DNA of 64,000 bases from Eledone cirrhosa (Eukaryota): assembly GCA_964016885.1 (NCBI GenBank), contig OZ024745.1, forward strand, positions 77,934,001-77,998,000. The letters run 5' to 3'. This document shows, piece after piece, positions 26,766 through 39,478 of the stretch. Position numbers and translations under genes: made by a program. Below the pieces are notes generated by a model. The model saw nothing but the letters and a program-made list of their open reading frames with translations. It searched no databases and was not told the DNA's origin. The first letter of the stretch is position 1, and every line of letters starts with the position of its first letter.

Positions 26766-27154
26766 CAATGTGAAATATTTGAAAAGTAAAATCAATACTA
26801 ACAGAGAAATAAAAGAAAAGAACATATATACATACAAAAACGCTAAACAAACCAACGAAATTCCAGACGATTTCTGGCATCGAAATTCTCGGCTATCGTG
26901 TTAGACGATTATCCATGAAGCCTTGTAGTCGGCGATGAATACACCCATTTACACTTGTGTTATTCTTCTAAGTTTAGTCTTTTTAGAGAGTAATGAATTC
27001 ACATATGCATACCAAAACCCTATCTTATTTCTAGAAACAATAAGATAACATGACATGGTCAAAATAGGCAGCAGAAATACAGAATAGAATGATTTTATTT
27101 AAAGGATTGTAAATAAAACGAGTAAATCAGAAAAAGTTGGAATTCCTTTTATTA

Positions 27155-27219
<65 letters not shown>

Positions 27220-27222
27220 ACA

Positions 27223-27308
27223 AAGAAGGTGTGGTAAGATACCAGGTGGATGATCTAGCTGTCGAAACGGTCGGAGCTCAGCCGTCGGGGTCCTAACTAT
27301 TTTCCTAT
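27223..27308. mobile_element. Short family-H-related terminus (also 37407-37465)
   Basis: gctgtc-GAAAC-ggtcggagctcagcc-GTC-ggggtcc preceded by an inverted tail fragment. Confidence 0.6.
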
Positions 27309-27455
27309 ATATATATATATATATGTAAGGTTATATTTAAAATTGTTGGGTTACAACTAGTAAATATATATAACTGATATAAAAGCACTCGACAAATATT
27401 TGGAGTATATTTACAATATTAAATAAATGGAAAACTATATTTATAAAACCATATT

Positions 27456-27521
27456 TATTTCATTATATATATTTCGGGGATATCATATTAACAATATGCT
27501 ATGCCTTCATCAGACAAAATA
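27456..27521 (-). ncRNA. Hammerhead ribozyme, type I minimal
   Basis: Mirror copy of 27676-27741. Confidence 0.8.
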
Positions 27522-27675
27522 CAATATAAACAGTTTTATAAATAAATATATTCGACATACCGTAATAAACATCAACTTCATTTGAAGAGGTTTACGCTAG
27601 CGTAAACCTCTTCAAATGAAGTTGATGTTTATTACGGTATGTCGAATATATTTATCTATAAAACTGTTTATATTG

Positions 27676-27741
27676 TATTTTGTCTGATGAAGGCATAGCA
27701 TATTGTTAATATGATATCCCCGAAATATATATAATGAAATA
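27676..27741 (+). ncRNA. Hammerhead ribozyme, type I minimal
   Basis: tattttgt-CTGATGA-aggcatagcatatt-gtt-aatatgatatcccc-GAAA-t-atat-a-TA-atgaaata; palindromic loop III. Confidence 0.8.
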
Positions 27742-27779
27742 AATATAGTTTTATAAATATAGTTTTCCATTTATTTAAT

Positions 27780-27831
<52 letters not shown>

Positions 27832-27878
27832 CGGTAATGCGGCCAGACACACACACATACATACAATATAGGTGAATA

Positions 27879-27932
<54 letters not shown>

Positions 27933-27939
<7 letters not shown>

Positions 27940-28477
27940 ATACTTGGGGAGGGTCATATTTGCGTAATATTGCCAGAATTAATAACAGAACACACTCACT
28001 GTTTGGTTGGTTTTCGCTTCTCGCTGTCTTTTATATCTGCGATCTAACTTACTCGGTCCTCAATGTTGCCATTGACTGACCGACGGTCAAAAACAATACA
28101 GATACAATATAGACACAAATTTCCAACTTATTTCCAATGGCGTAGACATACAACACAACAGGAGGAAAAAAGAAAAAAATATAACACCACTGACGATGTT
28201 GCAGATGTGCAACGAAAGATTTATGTAAATTATGTAAACTATATATATGTGTTTGTGTCTATATTGTATCTGTATTGTTTTTGACCGTCGGTCAGTCAAT
28301 GGCAACATTGAGGACCGGGTAAGTTAGATCGCAGATATAAAAGACAGTGAGAAGCGAAAACCAACCAAACAGTGAGTGTGTTCTGTTATTAATTCTGGCA
28401 ATATTACGCAAATATGACCCTCCCCAAGTATAACAATATCTGTTTCGACACACGATTTCATATAAAAAACCTCGCTA

Positions 28478-28480
<3 letters not shown>
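27933..28480 (+). mobile_element. Fold-back insert, family S, ~180-bp arms, degenerate hammerhead in the spacer
   Basis: Arms 27933-28111 / 28252-28439. CTGACGA-t-gttgca-gatg-tgcaac-GAAA at 28190-28217. Tail recurs at 56170-56250 and 63820-63865. Confidence 0.8.
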
Positions 28481-28563
<83 letters not shown>

Positions 28564-28676
28564 ACACGGGTGTGTATGATTGTGTAAGATTTACTCGTTT
28601 TATTTACAATCCTTTAAAATTTATAATGGTATTATAATGAAATAGTATGATAGAATATTAGATGTTAAGTGTTAAT

Positions 28677-28715
28677 TGAACAAGTACTTTCATGCTTTCG
28701 CAATCTTCAGGTTCA
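28677..28715 (-). ncRNA. Hammerhead ribozyme, type I minimal, in PLE 3' UTR
   Basis: tgaac-CTGAAGA-ttgc-gaaa-gcat-GAAA-gtac-TT-gttca; palindromic stem III aagtactt. Confidence 0.8.
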
Positions 28716-29018
28716 TAATGTGTGGTGACAGTCAAGTTTGCAATTTTCAACCGTAATGAGATGGGTAAATTTTGTACCTTATATACAGTGAAAAGTGGCT
28801 CCAGAATGCTAAATCTTGCAAACTGTATTTCGACCAATCGGTGTGTAGTTTCACTGAATTACTAAAGCTGATTGGTTTCAGCGTCACGGTTGATTGAGCA
28901 TGTCTAACGACCAAATAATTGATCCTATCTAAAGCATCAATTGTTTTGCTATTTTTAGAAATGATGAAAATAGCATTTTCTAGTAATCATCACCATCAAC
29001 ATCACTTTTATTATTATT

Positions 29019-29090
<72 letters not shown>

Positions 29091-29146
29091 AGTGGTCGTA
29101 GTCGACATGGTCGTAGTCATAGTAGAAGAAATACCCCTAAGCGTTA

Positions 29147-29515
29147 TTATTGTTCATTTAGCTTGGGTTTGAATTTATCAATAAAATTCTTTTCTTTGAT
29201 GTTTCTCTTGATTTCACTTGGGCTGTGTAATTTGTAGAATGGGAATATTATAAATATTCCCTGACCACATGTTGCTAGATGGTTACTTGGGGGTATCTGA
29301 CGGACATTTGGGTCTCTGATTTGCTGACGGTGTACCCGTGCACGTTCCGATAGTGCATTTCCAGTTTGACCGACATATAGTTCTTCACAATTCGGGCATT
29401 TAATGCAGTAAATTAGATTTCTGCTTTTGCAGTTCATATTTGCATTTGGGAATATTTTTCCAGTTTTTGTTTTCATATATTGACCGGCGTGTATAGATTG
29501 ACATGTGCCGCATCG
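29147..29515 (-). pseudogene. PLE GIY-YIG endonuclease domain (C-terminal fragment)
   Basis: CGTC..MNCKSRNLIYCIKCPNCEELYVGQTG..LSERARVH..NHL..KEKNFI..KPKLN. Confidence 0.9.
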
Positions 29516-29537
29516 ACTATCATACTATTTCATTATA

Positions 29538-29722
29538 ATTGTTTCTACTTTTTGGCACAAGGCCAGCAATTATCCCAGTACATTACTGGTGCTTTATTTT
29601 ATTGACCCCGTAAGGATGAAAGGCAAAGTTAACCTCGGCGGGAATTGAACTCAGATCGTAAAGGGATGTAACTATGCTGGAAAGCATAATCCAACCCTCC
29701 ACCGATACTGCCAATTCACACC
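29538..29722 (-). mobile_element. tRNA-derived SINE nested in the PLE inverted arm
   Basis: Near full-length family copy. Confidence 0.85.
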
Positions 29723-29785
29723 ATTATAAATTTTAAAGGATTGTAAATAAAACGAGTAAATCAGACAAAGTTGGAATTCCTCTTA

Positions 29786-29867
<82 letters not shown>

Positions 29868-30057
29868 AATATAAATATATATATATATGATAAATGTAAT
29901 CTGAGTTTTTGGAATATTAATAATAACATTCGATTCGTTTGCAATTATGCAAACAAGCCTCAATTTTATAGCCACGTCAGTAGAATGAACACATCATTCT
30001 TGCTCTTGTGTTGGCATGTGAACAGAACTGCAGACACTAATTTTCTTTTTTCTTTTT

Positions 30058-30199
<142 letters not shown>

Positions 30200-30699
30200 C
30201 TATGTATGCAATGCTCATTGTTGCGGATAAACGAACAAAATCTCAGCCGGAGAAATCAATTTACTCTGATTTACACAATTACTGCTGTCAGCATATCGTC
30301 TACTGATTTACGACAGATAAATGAGCTAAAAAGCATTCACCCAAAGTTCTTATGAGATTAGATGACAAAAGGCTGAAATGCAGAAATTTTGTTTTAAATG
30401 AAGGTCACCGGCTTTAGTACAGTATTGTGTGTATAGCTGCCGATGTTAGATTCACCAAGTGCGTTTATCATAACATCTTAAAATATAAGTATGCATAGGC
30501 ATAATAACGCAACACACGAGCCAAACAGAGAGAGAGAGGGAGATAGAAGAAGAGTGAGGCCTTATATTTGTCATGCTTGACCTGCTAGAAATAGAGGCCA
30601 AATCTCTCTCAAATCACACAATAACAATGCAACACATACATACGAATATGCGCTCACACATGCAAACACACACAATGTATATATATATATATATATATA

Positions 30700-30992
30700 A
30701 CCAGACTTGCTAGGGACAGTCATCACCGGTGATGAGTCATGGATCTTCGAGTACGACCCGGAGGGGATCCGTTTTGAAGACGTGGACGACATCAAAAAAG
30801 CCGTGACGACAGAACTGCGGAGGATCCCGGAAGAATTCTTCTAGGAGTGCATGCAAGCGTGGCAGAAAACGATGGAAAAGTGCATTAGACTCCAGGGGGA
30901 TTACTTTGAAGGAGAACACTCTTAGTGTGAAGTTTTGGGTTTGAAATAAATCTTTTGTGACATCAGTCCTGGAACTTTTCTGACACACCTCG
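30700..30992 (+). mobile_element. Mariner derivative 3' fragment (same family and deletion as 6070-6967)
   Basis: Same YDPE|G(I/T)RFED junction and TIR, followed by TA. Confidence 0.9.
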
Positions 30993-32602
30993 TATATATA
31001 TATATATTATAATGAAAGAAGTGTGGACGTTAGAAAACGTTCTGTACAGATGGGAAAATGATTTTTAAAAAAAGGTTTGAAACGCGCCCGTTGAATATAT
31101 ATATATATAAATAATCTTTATAACATGTACATAATTTGATGTTTAGCCTGCTTTCTCCGTATTGGATTATCGAAAACATTTGTTATTAGGTTAAATTGTG
31201 TAATCTCATTAAAATTCCTGCGTGCTGATTATCGGCCCAAACCAATGTGATCGAGAATTAGCATGCAGGAGTATTAACGATGACAGCTAGGAATAGGTCT
31301 TTATAATCAAGGGTGCCTTGGTAATAAACAGCACAGCAAATGCGAATTTGTTGAAGTTCAGATTCACATGGTTTGATCCAGCGCCAGATTGGCAGTCGTT
31401 AGAAGTTAAGTAAACATGTTTTCAGATTACTTTTGTTCAGTGGATCAAATTCAGACTAATTGACTACGCCAGCGTCTCTGAACTGTTGAACCATTGCTGG
31501 AATGAACTAAGCCACAAATAACAATTAAAAGCTCACTAAAGAAAATAAGCAATGTACGAAGTATTGAAAGTTTTGGCATTTAAACTCAAGAGAGATGGAG
31601 ACAGCCGTATTTTATAAAACACCAAATTTCATGCATTTGTGGTGTTTGATATTTCATCTCTCTCTCACACACACACTCTCTGTCTCTCTTACACATACTC
31701 TCCATCCCTCTCCCCCTTTCTCTCTTTTTCTCTCACTCACCCACTGTCAATCTCTCTCACTCTTTCACTCTCTTAGTAACTTTTACCTTACACAGGTCGT
31801 TCACATATTGTAATATCGAACAAAATTATGCTATAAGTTCGATTACTATGAATATACATCATCTCGACTAAAATAGGTTCTGTATCTAGCTAAATAAAGT
31901 TCTGTTATAGAGAATTCCATAACTTTCTGTGGTTTAATTCGGCATCAGTCATGTATGTAGAGGTAGAGGATATTTGGTGTTTGACATCCCAATACAAGAA
32001 GTCAAATATATATCCCTTCTATGAATGTTATTTAGGTTTAAACAAAGATCAAAATCAGATTTCACTCAGCAGCAGTGATTTCTTGGGAGGTAATCAAGTA
32101 CTTTAATGAAATTAAGTGAAATTCTTCAACTTTCGGTACCAATCTGTTTTACGTGTATAAACAGAACTGCAAGACAAGTTTGTCCATGTCATGCATTAAA
32201 TTTCGTCACGATTCCTACCAAGCTATGCATTAAGTTTCGTGAAGATTAAAGCACTGTAAAAGCTAAGTAGAATAGCAGGTATGATCAAAATTTCTGATAA
32301 TCTGAAACTGACACGTAGTTTTCATTATTGCCTGTAGTTTTTATACATCAGTTACCCCACTAATGTCCAAGAAAAGTCATGAACATCACGCTATTATCTC
32401 ACCTCTAAAATGTTGGGCTATTATCCCGAGGTAAATAGAAACTACTATAAAATAAATGTAAAGAAAACACGTTATGAATCGTTAAATCAACGTGGCGCCC
32501 GAGGGAAGTGAATTGACAGAATCGACAAAGCGTTGGTAGCAATATTTCTTCCGACTCATTGCGTTCTGAGTTCAAATCTCAATGTTACATTTCGTGATTC
32601 CT

Positions 32603-32702
32603 CAGTCACAAACGTGCAAAGACTCCCGACATTGAAACTATCCTCATAAGGAAAAGACTTAGATGGGTTGGTCATGTCATCCCCATGGACGATTGTAGAC
32701 CT
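32603..32702 (+). pseudogene. RTE ORF fragment
   Basis: AKTPDIETILIRKRLRWVGHVIPMDDCRP. Confidence 0.7.
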
Positions 32703-32724
32703 GTACGTACCTGTACATACATAC

Positions 32725-33136
32725 ATGGTGGCTGCCAACTCGTTTTCGAGTACGGCCACTACTTTATATCCATGTAGGAGAACTCCTACCGATGCACTGA
32801 ACGAATGTGACTTTAGTCCAGCCAGCGACTTGAAAACTCTGGTACAAACACTACACTTGTGACAATTATTGACACATAGTGCTGGGCCCATGGTACCATG
32901 TGACGACAAGTGCAGAGAGATCTCCAGATATAAAGCAATGCCTGTGCCGTGAAGCTTTTATAGTGAGCAAAGGCACGGCACAAAGCCAGTCCCACTCTCT
33001 TAACCAAGATGATATTTACCAAAAAGAAGAACAAGTCAACATCATTGGATACCATCAGGGTTGCAGGTGTTATATCAGAGTTTTCCTTCTCCTAGAATTC
33101 TGCCTTGACAAAGGCTAAGGGGTCATCTCTCCCGGA
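32725..33136 (-). mobile_element. Short RTE-derived element (5' UTR-like part fused to C2H2 3' end), copy 1
   Basis: tctaggagaaggaaaactctga 5'-UTR-like motif; CSVCTRVFKSLAGLKSH; (ATGT)n tail. Confidence 0.7.
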
Positions 33137-33229
33137 TACATACATACATACATACATACATACATACATACATACATACATACATACATACATACATACA
33201 TACATACATACATACATACATACACATAT

Positions 33230-33450
33230 ATATACCAACCCGTTTGGACCAAAGTATGATTGAACTTGGATTTGCGGACAAAGAGCGCAGCTCCCTAATT
33301 CATAGTCTACAAATGGCTGCGATAGCTGGCACCTTCAAAATTTGCAAAACATTCTTGCGATTCAAGGGATGACAATTTCTTTTCTTTTGCAACCTTGCCA
33401 CCAGGAAGGCGGCCGGTCAAAAAATATACTCGAAATTAAGAGAAAGAGAT
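33230..33450 (+). mobile_element. R4/Dong-like element, short 3' end
   Basis: Near-identical to 34621-34841; (TACA)n on both sides. Confidence 0.85.
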
Positions 33451-33536
33451 TACATACATACATACACACATACATACATACATACATACATACATACATA
33501 CATACATACATACATACATACATACATACATACATA

Positions 33537-34841
33537 ATGGTCAACAGAACTGTCAGCATACAACAAATACATTGCCCACAATACTTTTGCTGTGCCAATT
33601 CTAACGCCAACATTTGGCCTACTGAACTGGTCATTGCAAGAACTAAGTGAGATGGATGTTAGAACTCGAAAAGTTCTCAGTGTTACTGGCAACTTTAACA
33701 TCAATGGTGATGTGGATAGGCTATACTTCTCACGCAAGGAAGGTGGCCGGGTCTAAAATCAATATTAACAACATATGAGACCCGGATAGTAACACTGAAG
33801 CAACACCTTCAACAGAGGAAAAAGGTTGGCAACCATCTTGCCCAGGTTTATGAGCATGAAAAAAGAAATATCATTAGAATAGCGACTGATCTGGAGGAGA
33901 GATATGGAATAAAGCCTGATATAAATCTCTCACCCAGAGAAATCGGAAGATCCTATTCAATGTTCAAACAAGATAAGAAAATTGACCAATTTACAGAAAA
34001 AGTTGTGCATGGATACTTGAGGCGTAAAACACAGACCATAGAGGGGATAAACCACTCAAAAAGCCTGGCAGGGAGTTCCGACAAGTTTATGACATCACAC
34101 CTTGAGGGATATCTCTATGCGATACAGGAACAAGAACTCCCTACCAAATATCTACTGCACAAAAGAGGAGGGCCAGCAGCTGACAATAAATGTAGGCTAT
34201 GTAAAACAAAGATCGAGGATGTAAGCCACATTGTTGCCAGCTGCGAAAGAATGTCATCTCGCTACTACCTCCCCATGAGACACGATGGGATAGCTAGAAC
34301 CATCTGGAACGCACTTCGGAATACAAAATTAACAAAAAACGAGGTAGAATATATTGAGACAGATGGCACTAAGGAATACTGGTGGAACCTGAAAATAAAA
34401 ACTGCCACCAAATTAAAGCACAACCGGCCTGATATTGTAGTTTGGGACCACACATTGAAAACGTGTTCTGTTGTGGAGATCAGCTGCCCACATGATGTAA
34501 ACGTTGTCAGAAAAATACAAGAGAAGGAGGACATCTACGGACCATTGATGAGGAGTTTACAAATCCAGTATCCAAGATACACCTTTAGCTTCATACCCAT
34601 CATTATTGGTGGTACGGGTTATATACCAACCCGCTTGGACCAAAGTATGACTGAACTTGGATTTGCGGACAAAAAGCGCAGCTCCCTAATTCATAGTCTA
34701 CAAATAACTGCGATAGCTGGCACCTTCAAAATTTGCAAAACATTCTTGCGATTCAAGGGATGACAATTTCTTTTCTTTTACAACCTTGCCACCAGGAAGG
34801 TGGCCGGTCAAAAAATATACTTGAAATTAAGAGAAAGAGAT
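33537..34841 (+). mobile_element. R4/Dong-like non-LTR retrotransposon, 5'-truncated (RLE region)
   Basis: RLYFSRKEGGR; YAIQEQ; CRLC..SHIVASC; RHD; HNRPDIVVWD; VEISCP; IPIIIGGTG (ORF 33960-34763). Confidence 0.88.
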
Positions 34842-34864
34842 AACATACATACGTACATACATAC

Positions 34865-35277
34865 ATGGTGGCTGCCAACTCGTTTTCGAGTACGGCCACT
34901 ACTTTATATCCATGTAGGAGAACTCCTACCGATGCACTGAACGAATGTGACTTTAGTCCAGCCAGCGACTTGAAAACTCTGGTACAAACACTACACTTGT
35001 GACAATTATTGACACATAGTGCTGGGCCCATGGCACCATGTGACGACAAGTGCAGAGAGATCTCCAGATATAAAGCAATGCCTGTGCTGTGAAGCTTTTA
35101 TAGTGAGCAAAGGCACTGCACAAAGCCAGTCCCACTCTCTTAACCAAGACGATATTTACCAAAAAGAAGAACAAGTCAACATCATTGGATACCATCAGAG
35201 TTGCAGGTGTTATATCAGAGTTTTCCTTCTCCTAGAATTCTGCCTTGACAAAGGCTAAGGAGTCATCTCTCCTGGAC
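34865..35277 (-). mobile_element. Short RTE-derived element, copy 2
   Basis: Near-identical to 32725-33136 with the same ends. Confidence 0.75.
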
Positions 35278-35500
35278 ATACATACATACATACATACATA
35301 CATACATACATACATACATACATACATACATACATACATACATCCCGGACATACATACATACATACATACATCCCGGACATACATACATACATACATCCC
35401 GGACATACATACATACATACATACATACATACATACATACATACATACATACATACATACATACATACATACCATACCATACCACACCCTACCATACCAT
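35278..35500. repeat. (TACA)n / (CATAC)n microsatellite with embedded catcccgga units
   Basis: Direct reading. Confidence 0.95.
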
Positions 35501-36224
35501 AAAATGCAAGCAGGACAATATTTAATAAATTTACCTAATGGACATAAACTAACGCTACAAATGCCCCCAGGAAGAAACATAATGATGTCAAATTTTCCTG
35601 TTTAGCATATTGATTATATATTTAATAAAAAAGAAACGAATATATAATTTATAAGTTGGCAGTGACATAAAGATTGTTTTAAATAATTATACTGTCACGT
35701 AAATACCTTTTTATATATAACTATTTCATTATAATCGTTTTCATACAGATCAGATATAATGATATGGGACAGCGAAATTATATAGTTTTTTTTTTGTTGT
35801 TGTTTTTTTAAACGAAATATTACCAAGCTAACTTTCCTTTTGGTTCGATAATGAAAAAAACTTAATTTAGTGACATTCCTTCTACAACAAGACGGGAAAA
35901 TTATCAGTACAACTAGTAATCTTTCGGAATTTCTCAAAGTCATACTATATGGTTTCTAAAAGAAAATTCTTGTTAATTATTTACATAAAACAATATTTGT
36001 ACATTAAATATAACACTCGGAGATTTTCTCACTGACATTTTCGTGTGTTTATTCATTTTGCAACGAATTTCAGAATACAAAGATTTTGTGAACGTAAATA
36101 GTTTCCCAGGAGACAGATATAGGGTTAATAGACTGCATAGAACCATCTAGCTATTCCTATATTTTATTCAGAACCATGTTATTCTATATGACAATCTGTT
36201 TAGCCTACGTCTCATAGATAGTAC

Positions 36225-37010
36225 AGAAGAAAGGCGTTGCTGCGAAGAACAGCAATATCTACAGCAGCAGTCAATCTACTTAATGGAGTTTTTTCTCAAG
36301 CCTGGTTTCTTTAATACTAATTTTACGGTATAGCACTGCAGTTCAAACTCCTAGAACGCCGGTAATTTCAACAGAGACCACTGCGAAAAGGTTTCTGTCC
36401 GTAATTGGTCATCTTCTGCTCCTCTGCACAATGAGCTGAAATTCCCGGATACAAGTATTAGAGAAGTTGTTACATCATATGACTTACCAGATGAGCGACT
36501 TGTCCCTTTCGAAATAAAATGAGCTGTCTTAACCAGACAAATACTGTCAACTCAGTCGACACCAATACGATACATTTTAAATGTGAAACTAGCAGAGTTA
36601 AATCTCATTTTAATAACTGCCTTCAGTGCAGCTTGGTGAAGTAAACGTTTTGCACAGTAACTACAAACAGGAAGGTGCAATCCGAACTATACAGCCATAT
36701 GCATGTACTTACATACCCGGTGACTGGGTGTAGGAGATCTCTGATGCATGTGGAAAAGGGTGTTTGTCAACAAAGATTGTGTCTCATTGAGTTATGCGCC
36801 GTTGTTTGATTGCGAGACTGTCCGGGAACAGGCAAGTGTTTACGTGAATTAAATTTGATATTCTCTCCGTTGTGTTGATGAACTACATTTTGAGAAATGG
36901 TAAGGCCGCCACCAATACAGAAAACCTGCACCATCACAAACTGGTTGTCTTGACCAGGCCTCTAAGTTTTATGGAGGACCTTGTAAACGAATGCATGGTG
37001 GGGAGCAAAT
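36225..37010 (-). mobile_element. Old decayed CRE-like copy
   Basis: Remnants FAVVSVEITGVLG and AVDIAVLRSNAFS match the RLE end of the CRE at 1-2893; upstream extent uncertain. Confidence 0.6.
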
Positions 37011-37194
37011 TATTCAACAACAAACAAATAAAAAAAATCGTAGAATTTGTTTATCTCAAGAAATAATATATATTGTCTGGTATATCATGCCTCAACAGCA
37101 TGCAAAGAACAACATTTATATATTTCGTTGGTTTCAGATAAAATTTGGTTTATAAATATCTCTTTTTTTTATTCTAAAAGTCTCGATTTCAAAT

Positions 37195-37284
<90 letters not shown>

Positions 37285-37359
37285 GTATATATATATGTAT
37301 GTATGTGTATATGTATATATATATATATATATACATATATACACACACACACACCCATA

Positions 37360-37391
<32 letters not shown>

Positions 37392-39478
37392 CATATATAT
37401 ATATAACGTTCGGATCTAGCTGTCGAAACGGCCGGAGCTCAGCGGTCGGGGTCCTGACACTCCCATACATATATATATAAACATATAGACATTCACACAC
37501 ATACACACATAGACATTCACACACACACACACACATATAAATATGTGTGCGTGTGTGTATGCGCGCGCGCGTCCCAAACAACAATTGCGAAGATGGGAAT
37601 TACATTTGGAATTTCGTTGATGAGACAAAGGGCGTGGGTTATTATTCAAAGAAGACCGTTGGGATTGTAATTTAAACCGAAAAGTATATCGAAATGTTCA
37701 GTTATATGTATGCTTTGGTATGATATTGTCACATTAGATATATGAGATTAAGTTGAACATCCTGCGATCTTACTTTGTTCTTTAGAATTTCACTCTTTAC
37801 AACCAGTGTTGTTGACCTAAATAGAAATAGCATTAGTAACGATTCAGATATTTCTCTTATGAAAATACTCTTTTATGCGTTTCTTATATATCTATGTTTA
37901 TGTTGTCGAACATATATTGAAACTAAATGTTTTATCTAAATCACGTTGTGTTTTTGTTTCCTGTTTAACTCATATCAAGTCATATTAACAAGGAGGCATT
38001 ATTTTACATATGAAACCCGTAAACTTTCTAATATCTGAGATGTGTAGACAAATTTTTAAATTCCATGCACTCATATACAGAAATCATTATTTGTTATGAG
38101 GAAATTTGCATCTGTATTTATGTAAAATAATTATGTTTGCAAAGAGCAGAAATTCTATGTGTGGTAGCGTATAGAGTTATAGTAACTTATACCCCGTGAA
38201 CGACAATTACACCTGGGATATACATTTTTAACGAGGTGTTTAGTGCTACGACTCATTAAACAAACACAAGTATGCTGTTCAGATAGAATATTAATGCGAA
38301 TAAAGTCAACAAATATGGTGAACGGCAAATGTTATCATTATCTAAGTAGTTTGCATTACTAGACAAACAAAATACAATGAATTAGCATAGACTGAAATCA
38401 GAAATTTTAACACAAATTCGATAAAAAGAATTATCGCATACTTTTTCTAATAATTATGATTATTGGATTAATTTCTAAAGCGATGATTAAATGGTGATTA
38501 AAAGTAAGTAATTAAATAGAAAGTAATTACGCAAAAAGTATCGATTGTTAATTTGGTTAAGCATAAACAATAAACATAATGTTTTAATTTGTTTACAATA
38601 AAGGATTTCATTTTAACATTTCATAACATGAATTAAAAGTTCTCTTTCGTGTATGTCATTCTATATAAGTATAATAATCCTTAAAACCAAAGTTTGATAA
38701 CGTCTCATTCGATATATTTCTATACTAGAGTTATCATTGGTATTAGGTGGCAATATTATACAAATTATTTAAGTTCCATGATTGTACAGATCCTTAACAC
38801 CAAAAGTAAGATTTAGACTTGCATTTTTTTTTTTTCTTTTTGTCTACAAACATTTTCTAAGAATTGATTGATGCAAATAGCAATAAAAACAAATATGCAT
38901 CACCAAGTAGTATGAAACAATGGATAACTCACGCTTTAACATAAGGTTAATGAATAACAGTTATAATCTGTTTGATGCAATCATTTTCATAAATATTTTA
39001 CAACATAGTACGCTAGTACAGATATTCACTTTCTATAGAAAATTTTGTCTCGTTCTGGTGTATCAAATAAAAGGAAAGCAAAACAGAAAAATTAAAGTAT
39101 ATAATTAGATTTGCTTAATATGTCAATCTACAAAAAGAACAATATCTAGTAGTTGGTATTATGGCATGTAATTTAGTCTCCCCTCTTATAATGTCAGTCT
39201 AATGTCAGACGAAAATCTTTATTTATAGCCAACTAATTTCGTATCGTATTCTTGACCTCGATCGTATGGTACTGAAATGAAATTTGACGAGCGGAAACAC
39301 GTACAATACCTTCAAGAAAACATTCACACACGTCCTTCATTAGCGATAAAGTGCATGCCTAAGATGTTCACTTCATTCACAAGTTTGTAAGTGTACGGAA
39401 AAAAACGTTTGTAAGTGTACGGAAAAAACGAGTGACAAGAGTACATTGTGCTGTAGATATATTAAGAGCATGTAATGA

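Larger units (their letters stand above)
27327..27785. mobile_element. Family R spacerless palindrome (~187-bp arms) plus tail
   Basis: Centre tttacgct|agcgtaaa at 27598/27599; arms 27412-27598 / 27599-27785. Confidence 0.9.
28588..29790 (-). mobile_element. Penelope-like element: 5'-truncated body plus inverted copy of its own 3' end
   Basis: GIY-YIG ORF end, (CAA)n 3' UTR, hammerhead. 29517-29790 is the inverted terminus, interrupted by a SINE. Confidence 0.85.

Noticed and set aside
27933-28480. Fold-backs as classical MITEs
   Set aside because: Arms are asymmetric, fold points vary between copies and hammerhead motifs are present, unlike the true MITEs at 13589, 39479 and 56692.
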